From Cupriavidus necator (GTDB taxonomy: Bacteria; Pseudomonadota; Gammaproteobacteria; Burkholderiales; Burkholderiaceae): 32,000 nt of DNA. Shown piece by piece: positions 1 through 20,483 of this stretch; the first letter of the stretch is position 1, and each line of letters opens with the position of its first letter. The DNA is taken from assembly GCF_016127575.1 (NCBI RefSeq), contig NZ_CP066019.1, positions 1,830,001-1,862,000 of the forward strand, given 5' to 3'. The notes under the pieces are model-generated. The model was not told the DNA's origin. It ran no database searches and was given only the letters and a program-made list of their open reading frames with translations. Position numbers and translations under genes: made by a program.

Positions 1-1627
1 GGTTGGCCTGGCGGTTCAACTCGCCGTAGCTGAGCGTGGCATCGCCGAACAGCACGGCCGGGGCCTCGGGCACGCGGCGGGCCTGGCCCGCCACCTGCAC
101 ATGCACCGGCACGAACGGCGGTGCCGCGCAGCCGGGTTCGCTCCAGCGGGCCAGCGCGTCGCGTTCGGCATCCCCCAGCAGCACCGCTGCGGCGGACGTC
201 GTGGCGGGATCGGTAGCGAACGCCTGCAGCAGGCGCCCATAGTGCCCCGCCATGCGCGCCACGGTGGCGGCATCGAACAGATCGGCGGCATAGGCGATCC
301 GACCGAAAAGGCTGCCATCGGGCAGCTCGGTGGTGGCCAGGCTGAGTTCGAAACGCGCGGTCGTCACCGGCAGTTCCAGCGACGTAACGCGCAGCCCCTT
401 CAGCTGCGGCACCGCCGCAGCGCCAGCGGCGCGATGGTCGAAGGTGACGTTGAACAGCGCCGGCTGCGCCAGGCTGCGGCCGGGCTGAAGCGCTTCCACC
501 AGCAGGTCGAACGGCAGCGCCTGGTGCTCCTGGTCCGCCGCTGCCTGCCGCGCCAACCGCGGCAGCAGCTCGGCAAACGGCTCGTCTGGCGCCACCTCGG
601 CGCGCATCACCTGCATGTTGACGAAGCAGCCGACCAGCGCCTCGGTCTCGCTGCGTTGCCGGTTGGCCACCGGCACGCCGATGCAGATATCGGCCTGTCC
701 GGTGTAGCGGTTCAGCAAGACCGCATAGGCGGCCAGCAGCGCCATGTTGAGCGTGGCCTGATGCGCGCCGGCAAGCGTGCGCAGCGCCGCGGCCACGTCG
801 GCCGGAATGACGAAGGTGTGCTCGGCGCCCGCGCCGGTACGCGCCGCGCGGCGTGGCCGGTCGGCCGGCAGATCGAGTGCGGCGCCGGGCGCATCGCCCA
901 GGCGTTCACGCCAGTAGCCGAGCTGGCGCTCGGCTTCGCCGGCGTCCATCCAGTTGCGCTGCCACGCGGCAAAGTCGGCGTACTGCACCGGCAGCTGCGG
1001 CAGTTCGGCCGGCGTGCCGGCGGCTTCGGCCGCGTAGCAGGCGGCCAGCTCGGCGACCAGGCGCACGATCGAGGCGCCATCGGCGACGATGTGGTGCAGC
1101 ACCACTACCAGCACATGGGACCGGACGCTCTCGCGGATCAGCGCGACGCGCCACAGCGGTCCTGCGGCGAGATCGAACGGCGCGTGGGCAATGCCGTCGA
1201 TGGTGGTGTCCAGGCCGGCGGGATCGGCTTCCATCTCGACGAATGGCGGCGGCAGGCTGTCGTGCACCTGCTGGCGCGCCACGCCGGCAGCGTCGGTTGG
1301 ATAGGTGGTGCGCAGCACCTCATGGCGCGCACCGATGCGATCGAACGCACGGCGCAGTGCTGCGGCGTCGAGCGCCCCTTCGAGCCGGTATGCGCCCGGC
1401 ATGTGATAGGCGGTGCCGGCCGGATCGAGCTGCTGCAGGAACCACAGGCGTTGCTGCGCGTACGACAGCGGCAGCGCTTCGCTGCGCGGCGCGGGCACGA
1501 TCGGCAGCGTGGAGAAGGCCACGCCTTTGTCGTGCAGCGCGGCCAGGAACGCCGTGCGCTGCGCTGGCGCCAGCCGGGCAAAGCGCGCGGCGACCTGCGC
1601 GTGCGCGGTATTCAGTGCATCTGACAT
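1..1627 (-). CDS. Non-ribosomal peptide synthetase, 5' part only (N-terminal condensation domain plus first core of an adenylation domain); continues beyond the left edge
   Basis: This ORF is absent from the ORF track because it has no stop codon in the window. The reverse complement from ATG 1627-1625 reads MSDALNTAHAQVAARFARLAPAQRTAFL... In-frame motifs read by eye are LPLSYAQQRLWFLQQ (C1, ~1440-1485), VLHHIVADGAS (HHxxxDG, ~1075-1114) and, at the edge, AVLFGDATLSYGELNRQAN (A1 core, 2-58). The frame is open all the way to position 2. Confidence 0.85.
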   Translation of the reverse strand, partial: MSDALNTAHAQVAARFARLAPAQRTAFLAALHDKGVAFSTLPIVPAPRSEALPLSYAQQRLWFLQQLDPAGTAYHMPGAYRLEGALDAAALRRAFDRIGARHEVLRTTYPTDAAGVARQQVHDSLPPPFVEMEADPAGLDTTIDGIAHAPFDLAAGPLWRVALIRESVRSHVLVVVLHHIVADGASIVRLVAELAACYAAEAAGTPAELPQLPVQYADFAAWQRNWMDAGEAERQLGYWRERLGDAPGAALDLPADRPRRAARTGAGAEHTFVIPADVAAALRTLAGAHQATLNMALLAAYAVLLNRYTGQADICIGVPVANRQRSETEALVGCFVNMQVMRAEVAPDEPFAELLPRLARQAAADQEHQALPFDLLVEALQPGRSLAQPALFNVTFDHRAAGAAAVPQLKGLRVTSLELPVTTARFELSLATTELPDGSLFGRIAYAADLFDAATVARMAGHYGRLLQAFATDPATTSAAAVLLGDAERDALARWSEPGCAAPPFVPVHVQVAGQARRVPEAPAVLFGDATLSYGELNRQAN

Positions 1628-1664
1628 GGGAGCGGTATCACGGTCAATGGATATCGGGGAGCGC

Positions 1665-4600
1665 TCAGGCGGCCACGGCAGCCTGCGGCGCCGCATTCAG
1701 CGCGGTGAGCGCGCGCGCGTCGAGTTCGCCCGCCGTCTCGCCGTGTTCACGCACGGCCGCGGCCAGCGCGTGGGCAGTCGGGCGGTCGAACACCACGCCC
1801 GGCGCGATCTCCACCTGCAGGCGCCGGCGCAGCCGCGCCACCAGCTTGATCACCAGCAGCGAATGGCCGCCGAGCGCGAAGAAGTCGGCGTGCGGGTCGA
1901 CCCGCTCCTGCTCCAGCAGTTCGGCCATCAGCGCGCAGACCAGGGTCTCCACGGCATCCGCGGATGCCGTGGCAGCTTGCGGCGCCGCTGCGGCAATGTC
2001 GTCCGGCGATGCGGCCAGCGTGCGCAGCGCCGTGCGGTCGGTCTTGCCGTTCGGCAGCCGCGGCAGCGCAGGCAGCGCGATCAAGCGCGACGGGACCATG
2101 GCGTCGGGCAGCATGGCGGCAAGCGCGCGCCGCAGCGCATCCGTGTCGGCGGAGCCGGCCGATGCCGGCACGATGAACGCGCACAGCACGGCTGCGGCGC
2201 CGGGGCCGGGCGCGGCACAGACCGCAGCCTGCGCCACCGCCGGTTGGGCCAGCAACGCGGCCTCGACTTCCGCCGGCTCGACGCGGATGCCGCGGATCTT
2301 GACCTGCTGGTCGGCGCGGCCCAGCAGTTGCAGGCCGGCGGGGGTGGCGCGCGCCAGGTCGCCGGTGCGGTAGAGGCGCTGCCCTGCCGCGAACGGGTCG
2401 TCGACAAACGCGGCGGCGTCCAGGTCCGGCCGGCCGAGGTAGCCATGCGCCAGTTGCGGACCGCCGACGTAGAGCTGCCCGGCCACGCCGGCCGGGACCG
2501 GGCGCAAGGCATCGTCCAGCAGCCGCACGCGCGTCGCGCCCAGGGCCCGGCTGAGCGGCGCCGTGCCGGCGGGCCACGCCGGATCCTCCGCGCCGACCGC
2601 GTGGACCATGACGCCGATGGTGGTTTCGGTCGGGCCGTAGTGGTTAAAGATCCGGCAGTCCGGCGCGTGGCGGCGCAGCCCCTGCACCAGGCTGGCGGGC
2701 AAGGGCTCGCCGCCCAGGATCACGGTGGCGGGCACGGCCGGTGCATCCGTTTCCAGCAGCGCCGCCAGATGCGACGGCACGATCTTGATAGCGTCGACCT
2801 CGCGTCCACGCAGGTAACGAGCGAAGGCGGCGGGATGCGCCATGTCGTCATCGCTGGCCACCGTCAGGCACGCGCCCTGCCACAGTGCTGCGAACAGCGT
2901 GGTGTTGCCAAGGTCGGCCGCGACCGACGACGTCAGGCCGAGCCGCCGGCACGACGCCAGCGACAGCGCCTCGCACACCGCCGCGGTGTAATGGCTGATC
3001 TGCCGGTGGCCGACCACCACGCCCTTGGGCTCGCCGGTGGAGCCGGAGGTGAAGAGCACGTAGGCGGCGTCTTCCTGTGCGCTGGCAAATTCGCCATCAA
3101 CCTGTGCGGCCTTGGCCAGCAGCGCATCGGCACGGATCACCGTGGCGTTATCGTGGGCAGCCTGCTGCGCGATGGTCAGCACCGGCGCCGACTGCGCCAG
3201 CACGCTGCGGCGGCGCGCCTGCGGCCACGCCGGGTCGAGCGGCACATAGGCCCCGCCCGCGGCCCATACCGCCAGCAGGCTCGCCACCAGCGCGCCGCTG
3301 CGCGGCAGCGCCAGCGCCACGCGCGTGCCAGGGCCGACGCCAAGCGCGCGCAGCCGTTGCGCGGCGCCTTGCACGGTGCGCTGCAGGCCGGCGTAGTCGA
3401 GCACCAGGTCCGCGGCATCGAGCGCGGGTGCATCCGGTGTCTGCCGGGCATGCTGCGCGATGCGTGCGAGCAGGGTCTGCCCCGCATCCACGGGCGTTTC
3501 GCCCGTCCAGCACTGCGGCACGCGCAAGGTATCGTCGGCAGGCCATGACAGCGATTCCAGCGGCGTGTCGAGCGCCGCAGGCAAAGTGCCGATCAGTGCC
3601 GCCAGATGCGCCAGCACCCACTGCGCGACGCGCGGATGCAGGACGCCTGCGCGCGCATGCAGCGCGAGCGCCGCCATGCCCTGCCCGTCATCGAGTGCCT
3701 CGCACACCAGGTCGAAGCCGGCCCATGCCGGGCTGGCCATCGCCACGCCGGCGGGCGGCAGCGGTGCTACCGCAAACCCGATACGGGGCGCGGCCTCCCC
3801 GGGCTGCCAGGCTTCCTGCCACGCGGCGTGGCTGTCGAGCGCGGGCAGCCAGGCGCGCCAGTGCTCGGCCACGCTGCGCTGCGCGTCCCAAGCCACGCTG
3901 ACCGGCAGCGCCTTGACGAATACGCCGGCGGCATCGGCCATCACGTCGTAGTCGCGGCGGCAATCATGCAGCCAGGCACCGCTGAACACCGGCTGCGCGC
4001 ACAGGCGCGCCAGCACGGTCCACCAGGCCGCCTGCACCACGCGCTCGGGCGTGGTGCCGAACTGTCGTGCCGATGCGGCCAGCGCCTGCCGGTGCGCGCC
4101 ATGCAGCGTGTGGCGCCAGGTGTCGCTACCTTGCGCGGCGGCGCTTCCTGCCAGCGCATCGGGGATGCGCAGCGGGGCCGGCAGGCCGGCGGCCTGCGCC
4201 TGCCAGTACGCGCGGCCGGCGCTGCCGGTGCCGTCTTCGCCCAGGCGCGCGCCTTGCTGCCAGTCGGCGTATTGCGCGTATTGCAGCGGCAATTCCTCAT
4301 CGCCATCGATCCGTGCCGGCGCATCCAATGCATCGCGCATGTTTTCGGCAAGCTTCAGCACGGTGCCGCGGTCAGCCGCCAGCGGACTAACCAGCAGCCA
4401 CAGGGTGGCGCCGCCCGCGGGCAGAGGGCTGATGCAGGCGCGCAGTACGTCGCCGGTGGCCGGGTCGAGCGCAGGCAGCGACGGCGCATCGCCGGGCGCG
4501 GCGATGGCCGTGGCGGCACCGTTGGTGCCCGCCTGCGGCACGCAGGCCACCAGCTCGTTGCCATTGTCAATATATGCGGTACGCAGCGATTCGTGCCGCA

Positions 4601-4752
4601 CACGCAGCGCCCCCAGCGCGGCATCCACTGCGGCAGGGTCGGACTGCCCGTGCAGAGCGATCCGCGCCACATGCGCGCGCGGCCCCGGCGTGTCGCACCA
4701 TTGCTGCCATGCGGCCTGTTGTTCGGGTGTCGGGGTCCAGGCGGACTGCAGC

Positions 4753-4760
<8 letters not shown>
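1665..4760 (-). CDS. NRPS module: degenerate condensation-like (interface-type) domain, Asp-specific adenylation domain, carrier domain
   Basis: The track ORF is 1665..4856. I prefer the internal ATG at 4760 (MPELQSAW...), which overlaps the upstream stop as ATGCCTGA. The N-terminal ~430 aa have a C-fold-like sequence, but the catalytic HHxxxDG is replaced by SPLAADRGT (4362-4388). A-domain cores are [35 protein letters not shown] and NGKTDR. The hand-extracted specificity code is DLTKIGHIGK (Asp). The carrier motif is [10 protein letters not shown] (~1855-1890). Confidence 0.9.
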
Positions 4761-14136
<9,376 letters not shown>

Positions 14137-14152
14137 CGGGACGGCGGCGGGA

Positions 14153-15214
14153 TCAGCCCAGGCCGGGCGGCGCGGACTCGGCCATGGCGACGATCACGCG
14201 GCGCGGGCCGCTGAAGGTGCCGCGCCCGTGGGCGGCCAGCATGTTGTCGAGCATCAGCACATCGCCCTGCTGCCAGGGGAAGCGCACGGTGCAGTCGTCG
14301 AGGGTGGCGCGGATGGTGGCAAGGGCGTCGTCCTCCAGCGGCGCGCCGTCGCCGTAGACGACATTGCGCGGCAGTTCGTCGACGCTGCCGACCACGGCGA
14401 GCAGGGCCTCGCGCACGTGGGGCGCGAGCCCCGAGACATGGAACAGGTGGGCCTGGTTGAACCACACCATCTCGCCGGCCACCGGATGCCGCGCGACGGC
14501 CTGGCATAGCTGGCGCGTGCGCAGCTCGCCGTCGGCCTTCCATTCGAAATCGATCCGCTGGGCGCGGCAGAAGCGCTCCACCTGCGCGCGGTCATCGGTG
14601 TTGAAGGCGCGTTGCCAGCTCAGGTCGAGGCCGTTGCCGTAGTTGCGCACGTACATCAGGCGGCGCGCGGCAAAGCGCTCGCGGATGACCGGGTCCAGGC
14701 GCTGGTAGACCAGCCGGCTGTCGGCGATGGGCGTCTCGCCTCCCGTCTCGCTCGGCTGCACGCAATGGAACCAGATCTTCATCGGCCATTGCAGCGTGTA
14801 CGACTGCTCGTTATGCAGCGGGATGACCTGGTGCGCCGGGTATTCGGTGGAGGTATAGACGCCCTCCTTCACCTGCGAGCGCGGCGTCGAGCCGAACTCA
14901 TAGCTCAGCAGCGGATGGCCGAAGGCGCTGGCGAAGGCGCGGAAATCCGAATCGTCGTCAAAGCGGAAGCCGCGGAACAGCACGCCGCCGACGCGCGGCA
15001 ACTGCTCCGTGGCGATCGCGGCCATGGCGCCGAACTGGCGGCGCCAGTCGGTATCGCCGTCGGGCGTGACCACCAGCGGCAGCGCGCTGTGCGCAAACAT
15101 CGGCGCGGTGCGCAGCGCGCCCGCCCCGGTTGTCGCTGCGGTGGCAGCCGCGCCGGAGCCGGCGCGATGGTCCGCATGGAGGTCGGCGATGGTAGCGGTC
15201 GTGTCCAAATCCAT
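14153..15214 (-). CDS. Stand-alone TauD/SyrP-family Fe(II)/2-oxoglutarate dioxygenase, predicted carrier-bound aspartyl beta-hydroxylase
   Basis: The track ORF is 14153..15325. I prefer ATG 15214 (MDLDTTATIADL...), which is preceded by GAGGGAACAGGGAT. Motifs are VLFRGFRF, PLHNEQSY (HxE) and [12 protein letters not shown] (distal His). It is a paralogue of the C-terminal domain of the adjacent NRPS and the first gene of the minus-strand operon. Confidence 0.85.
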   Translation of the reverse strand: MDLDTTATIADLHADHRAGSGAAATAATTGAGALRTAPMFAHSALPLVVTPDGDTDWRRQFGAMAAIATEQLPRVGGVLFRGFRFDDDSDFRAFASAFGHPLLSYEFGSTPRSQVKEGVYTSTEYPAHQVIPLHNEQSYTLQWPMKIWFHCVQPSETGGETPIADSRLVYQRLDPVIRERFAARRLMYVRNYGNGLDLSWQRAFNTDDRAQVERFCRAQRIDFEWKADGELRTRQLCQAVARHPVAGEMVWFNQAHLFHVSGLAPHVREALLAVVGSVDELPRNVVYGDGAPLEDDALATIRATLDDCTVRFPWQQGDVLMLDNMLAAHGRGTFSGPRRVIVAMAESAPPGLG

Positions 15215-15362
15215 ATCCCTGTTCCCTCGCTGGGTTCGTTCGCGCTTGCCGCACGGCGCCGGAAGAGGCGTTGCAGCGGGGCCTGAGGCGGGAGGGGCGC
15301 GGCCACGCGAACAATGTCTGCACATTGCATGGAAGGCGAGTCTACCGGAAATATTTACGAAT

Positions 15363-15381
15363 GGAAATACAAATCATTATC
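15363..15381. promoter_or_regulatory. Fur box in the divergent promoter spacer of the siderophore operons
   Basis: On the minus strand, GATAATGATTTGTATTTCC matches the consensus GATAATGATAATCATTATC at 13/19 positions, with a perfect first 9 nt. On the plus strand, GGAAATACAAATCATTATC matches at 14/19, with a perfect last 10 nt. It lies in the only AT-rich patch between the divergent start codons at 15214 and 15484. Confidence 0.6.
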
Positions 15382-15483
15382 ATTTACGATGTAGCCTTCG
15401 ACGTTTTTGTTGTCTTCAACGTTTTCCTTGCCGGCGCGGCACCGACTGCGACGGCAACTCAAACCACCTGAAGGAGCACAGCC

Positions 15484-15690
15484 ATGAGCTGGGATCATCC
15501 CGACACGCGTTTCCACGTCGTCCGCAACGATGAAGGCCAGTATTCGATCTGGCCCGACTACAAGCCCGTACCGGCAGGATGGGCCAGCGTGGGCTTCCAG
15601 GGCAGCCGCGACGAGTGCCTGGCGCATATCGAGACGGTCTGGACCGATATGCGTCCGCTGAGCCTGCAGCGCGCGCTGGCCGGCGCATGA
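15484..15690 (+). CDS. MbtH-like NRPS accessory protein
   Basis: The 68-aa product carries the MbtH signature FHVVRNDEGQYSIWPDYKPVPAGW...CLAHIETVWTDMRP. An AAGGAG RBS lies 7 nt upstream. Confidence 0.95.
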   Translation: MSWDHPDTRFHVVRNDEGQYSIWPDYKPVPAGWASVGFQGSRDECLAHIETVWTDMRPLSLQRALAGA

Positions 15691-16505
15691 GCCCCGCGCA
15701 GCCGATGCGCGATCCCTGGTACGCCGTGATGCCGGGCCGCAGCGGGCCGGCTGCCGGCGATCGCGTGCGCCTGTACTGCCTGCCCTATGCCGGCGCCGGC
15801 CATACCGCGTACCACGGCTGGCGCGCCGCGCTGCCTGCCGCGATCGAGCTGGCGCCGGTATGCCTGCCCGGACGCGGCACGCGCACTGCCGAACCGCATG
15901 GCGCATCGATCCATGCGCTGGCCAGCGCGCTGGCCGCCTCGATCGCGCGCGCGGCCCGAGCCGAAGCGCCGCGCTTTGCGCTGTTCGGCCACAGCATGGG
16001 TGCGCTGCTGGGGTTCGAGACCGCGCGCGCGCTTGAAACCGTGCATGGCCTCTCCCCCGCCGCGCTGGTGGTGTCCGGGCGCGGCGCGCCCGCGCTGCCG
16101 TCGGCTCGGCCGCCGTTCAGCAGCCTGCCGGACGGCGCCTTTGCCGACGTCATCGCCGCCATGGGCGGCATGCCGGCCGAGATCCGCGAAACGCCGGAAG
16201 CGCTCGCCTTCTTCCTGCCCGTGCTGCGCGCGGATATCGCGTTGTGCGAGGCCTGGCGCTACCGTCCGGGCCCGCGGCTGGGCTGTCCGGTCACAGTGCT
16301 CGGCGGCAGGGACGACGTCCACGCCCCGCCCGCGATGCTGGCCGCGTGGCGCGACGAGACCCTGCACGACTGCAGCCACCGGCTGTTCGCGGGCGGGCAT
16401 TTCTTCCTGCACGAGGCGGCGCAGGACGTGCTGGACACCATCACGGATGCCGTGCTCGGTTCCACGATGCGCGCCACCAGAGACCACGGCCATGCGCTCG
16501 CCTGA
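15687..16505 (+). CDS. Type II (editing) thioesterase
   Basis: The internal ATG of track ORF 15579..16505 overlaps the MbtH stop as ATGA. Supporting motifs are LYCLPYAGAG, the GHSMGA nucleophile elbow and the C-terminal GGHFF motif. Confidence 0.9.
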   Translation: MSPAQPMRDPWYAVMPGRSGPAAGDRVRLYCLPYAGAGHTAYHGWRAALPAAIELAPVCLPGRGTRTAEPHGASIHALASALAASIARAARAEAPRFALFGHSMGALLGFETARALETVHGLSPAALVVSGRGAPALPSARPPFSSLPDGAFADVIAAMGGMPAEIRETPEALAFFLPVLRADIALCEAWRYRPGPRLGCPVTVLGGRDDVHAPPAMLAAWRDETLHDCSHRLFAGGHFFLHEAAQDVLDTITDAVLGSTMRATRDHGHALA

Positions 16506-16506
16506 C

Positions 16507-17325
16507 ATGGCCGCGCCAGCGCACGGCGAGATCCAGGTCTGGCACGTGGCAGTCGACGCTGCGGCAGACCTGTCGGCGCTGTCGGCAAGCGAACGCGCGC
16601 GCGCCGCCATGTTCCGGCAACCCGGCGACCGCGCCCGCTTCACCGCGGCCCGCTCGGCATTGCGGACACTGCTGGGCCTATACCTGGGCGTGTCGCCCGA
16701 CGCCGTGCCGCTGGTCGCCAACGCGTTCGGCAAACCCACGCTTGGCGGCCATTGCACCACAGCCCTGCAGTTCAACGTCAGCCACAGCGACGCACGCGCC
16801 GCAATCGCATTGTCATGCGCGCCGGTCGGGATCGACATCGAAGCCTGGCGTGCGGACATGACGTGGACAGCCTGGCACGACAGCGCGGCCGTGGCCTGCA
16901 ACCCCGACGAAATGCGCTGGCTGAGCGCGCTGGCGCAGCGCCAACCGCAGGATGCCATGCTCGCCTTCCTGCGCCTGTGGACTGCCAAGGAAGCGTGCAG
17001 CAAGGCCGTCGGCACAGGGCTGTCGGCTGCGCCGCAATCGGTGCGCGTGGCGCTGCCGGCGTGCGCTGCCTGCGTGCCGCCGCTGGCGCGCGCCGGGGCC
17101 GACCTGCGCGTCTGGCATATCCACGATGCATGTGGCCAGCCCGATCACGACACCCGCTACGTCGCGAGCCTGGCCACGCCACTGGCCGCCGCGCGCGTCG
17201 TGCACCGGCAGTATCCGCCGCGCGAGCTGCCCCCGCGCGCGGGCCAACCCATCTTGCCCGGTCTCGATGCCGGGCCCCGCAGTCAACGTCCCTGTTCAAC
17301 GCCCCCGTTAGGAACGACACCATGA
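16507..17325 (+). CDS. Sfp-type 4'-phosphopantetheinyl transferase
   Basis: This is the distal part of track ORF 15787..17325. Motifs are FNVSHS, GIDIE and WTAKEACSKA. The start is ATG 16507 (2 nt after the TE stop) or ATG 16492. The stop overlaps the next start as ATGA. The last ~45 aa form a Pro/Arg-rich tail. Confidence 0.85.
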   Translation: MAAPAHGEIQVWHVAVDAAADLSALSASERARAAMFRQPGDRARFTAARSALRTLLGLYLGVSPDAVPLVANAFGKPTLGGHCTTALQFNVSHSDARAAIALSCAPVGIDIEAWRADMTWTAWHDSAAVACNPDEMRWLSALAQRQPQDAMLAFLRLWTAKEACSKAVGTGLSAAPQSVRVALPACAACVPPLARAGADLRVWHIHDACGQPDHDTRYVASLATPLAAARVVHRQYPPRELPPRAGQPILPGLDAGPRSQRPCSTPPLGTTP

Positions 17326-18746
17326 CGCCTCCCTCGCTCGCCACGCATGCCCACGGCCAACCCGCGCCGTTCTCGGCTGGCGCCTTCGTCCGGCAAGCGC
17401 CCATCCGGCTCGACGACAACCCCTACCTGCAGCGCCAGTCCGCGCGCGAGTCCAACGCCCGCTCCTATCCGCGCCGCATCCCGCTGGCGCTGGAACAGGG
17501 CTATGGCGTGTATTTGCGCGATACCAGCGGCCAGCTCTTCATCGACTGCCTGGCCGGCGCCGGCACGCTGGCGCTCGGCCACAACCACCCGGCAGTAGTG
17601 CGCGCGCTGCGCGACACGCTCGACAGCGGCCTGCCGCTGCATACGCTGGACCTGGCCACGCCGGTCAAGGACCGCTTTATCGACGACCTGTTCGGCCTGC
17701 TGCCGCCCGAGTTCGCAGCGCGCGCCCGTATCCAGTTCTGCGGCCCGACCGGCGCCGACGGCATCGAGGCAGCGCTCAAGCTGGCCAAGACCGCCACCGG
17801 ACGCCATACGGTGCTGAGCTTTGCCGGCGGCTACCACGGCATGACGCACGGCACGCTGGCGCTGATGGGCAACCTCGGCCCCAAGGCGCCGCTGGGTGCG
17901 CTCGGCGGCAGCGTGCAGTTCCTGCCCTACCCGTATGACTACCGCTGCCCGTTCGGCCTGCGCGGCGACGCCGGCATCGACGCGGGCCTGCGCTATATCG
18001 AGCAGATGCTGGCCGACCCGGAGTCCGGCGTGCTGCCGCCGGCGGCGGTGGTGGTGGAAGCGGTACAGGGCGAAGGCGGCGTGATCCCCGCGCCCGCGCG
18101 CTGGCTGCGCGAACTGCGCCGCATCACGCGCGAGTACGGCATCGCGCTGGTGCTCGACGAAGTGCAGACCGGGCTCGGCCGCACCGGGCGCATGTTCGCG
18201 TTCGAGCATGCCGGCATCGTGCCGGACGTGCTGGTCCTGTCCAAGGCGATCGGCGGCAGCTTGCCGATGTCGGTGGTGATCTACGACAGCGCGCTCGACG
18301 CGTGGCAACCGGGCGCGCACGCCGGCACCTTCCGCGGCAACCAGCTGGCGATGGCGGCGGGCTCCGCCACCATCCGCACCCTGGTCGCGCAAGGCATCGT
18401 CGCCCATGCCGAGACCATGGGCCAGCGCCTCGCCACGCGGCTGCGGCAGTTGCATACCGCGTGCCCCGCGATCGGCGAAGTGCGCGGGCGCGGCCTGATG
18501 ATCGGGGTGGAACTGATCGACGAACGTGCCGAGGCCGATGCGGTGGGCGCCTACCCGGCCGACGGCACCTTCGCGCGCACGGTGCAACGCGAATGCCTGC
18601 AGCGCGGGCTGATCGTCGAACTGGGCGGACGCCACGGCGCCACGGTGCGCTTCCTGCCACCGCTGGTCATCGGCGAGACCGAGATCGACCTGGTGGCCGA
18701 GTTGTTTGGCGACGCAGTCAGCGCGGCGCACAAGCAATGCCGCTGA
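17322..18746 (+). CDS. Diaminobutyrate--2-oxoglutarate transaminase (class III PLP aminotransferase, EctB/PvdH-like)
   Basis: The internal ATG of track ORF 16752..18746 has AGGAA 9 nt upstream. Motifs are SYPRRIPLAL, FIDCLAGAGTLALGHNHP, and the PLP-lysine context LVLSKAIGGSLP. Confidence 0.9.
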   Translation: MTPPSLATHAHGQPAPFSAGAFVRQAPIRLDDNPYLQRQSARESNARSYPRRIPLALEQGYGVYLRDTSGQLFIDCLAGAGTLALGHNHPAVVRALRDTLDSGLPLHTLDLATPVKDRFIDDLFGLLPPEFAARARIQFCGPTGADGIEAALKLAKTATGRHTVLSFAGGYHGMTHGTLALMGNLGPKAPLGALGGSVQFLPYPYDYRCPFGLRGDAGIDAGLRYIEQMLADPESGVLPPAAVVVEAVQGEGGVIPAPARWLRELRRITREYGIALVLDEVQTGLGRTGRMFAFEHAGIVPDVLVLSKAIGGSLPMSVVIYDSALDAWQPGAHAGTFRGNQLAMAAGSATIRTLVAQGIVAHAETMGQRLATRLRQLHTACPAIGEVRGRGLMIGVELIDERAEADAVGAYPADGTFARTVQRECLQRGLIVELGGRHGATVRFLPPLVIGETEIDLVAELFGDAVSAAHKQCR

Positions 18747-18759
18747 GCGCTTGCGCGCC

Positions 18760-18789
18760 GTTCCGCGGTGGCCGGGGCCACCGCGGAAC
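18760..18789. terminator. GC-rich perfect hairpin between convergent genes (14-bp stem, 2-nt loop)
   Basis: GTTCCGCGGTGGCC-GG-GGCCACCGCGGAAC sits in the 48-nt gap between the transaminase stop (18746) and the CoA-ligase stop (18795). There is no U-tract, so its function as a terminator is inferred. Confidence 0.5.
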
Positions 18790-18794
18790 CAGCT

Positions 18795-20438
<1,644 letters not shown>

Positions 20439-20483
20439 GGGTGTCTCCTCTTTATCGGACGGCTCGGCGGTCGTGGCGCCGCT

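Noticed and set aside
101-3548. Plus-strand ORFs 101..1624, 853..2373 and 1413..3548
   Set aside because: They are antisense shadows of the two NRPS genes. Their translations are low-complexity and Arg-rich, while the minus frame gives C/A/T core motifs.
15330-15400. A PvdS-type iron-starvation promoter (TAAAT-N16-CGT) for the minus-strand operon
   Set aside because: Two TAAAT pentamers exist on the minus strand, but neither has CGT at the required 16-nt spacing. The nearest candidates are CG at N14 and CCT at N16.
15361-15471. A 36-codon hydrophobic uORF (MEIQIIIIYDVAFDVFVVFNVFLAGAAPTATATQTT) ending at the MbtH RBS
   Set aside because: Its ATG lies inside the Fur box/promoter patch and has no RBS, so it is probably upstream of the transcription start. 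The hydrophobicity simply reflects the T-rich spacer. It could be revisited if transcription-start mapping places the 5' end upstream of 15361.
15558-18737. Minus-strand ORFs 15558..17015 (485 aa) and 17283..18737 (484 aa)
   Set aside because: They are antisense to the TE/PPTase and transaminase genes, which show clear family motifs and overlapping or abutting start/stop codons on the plus strand.
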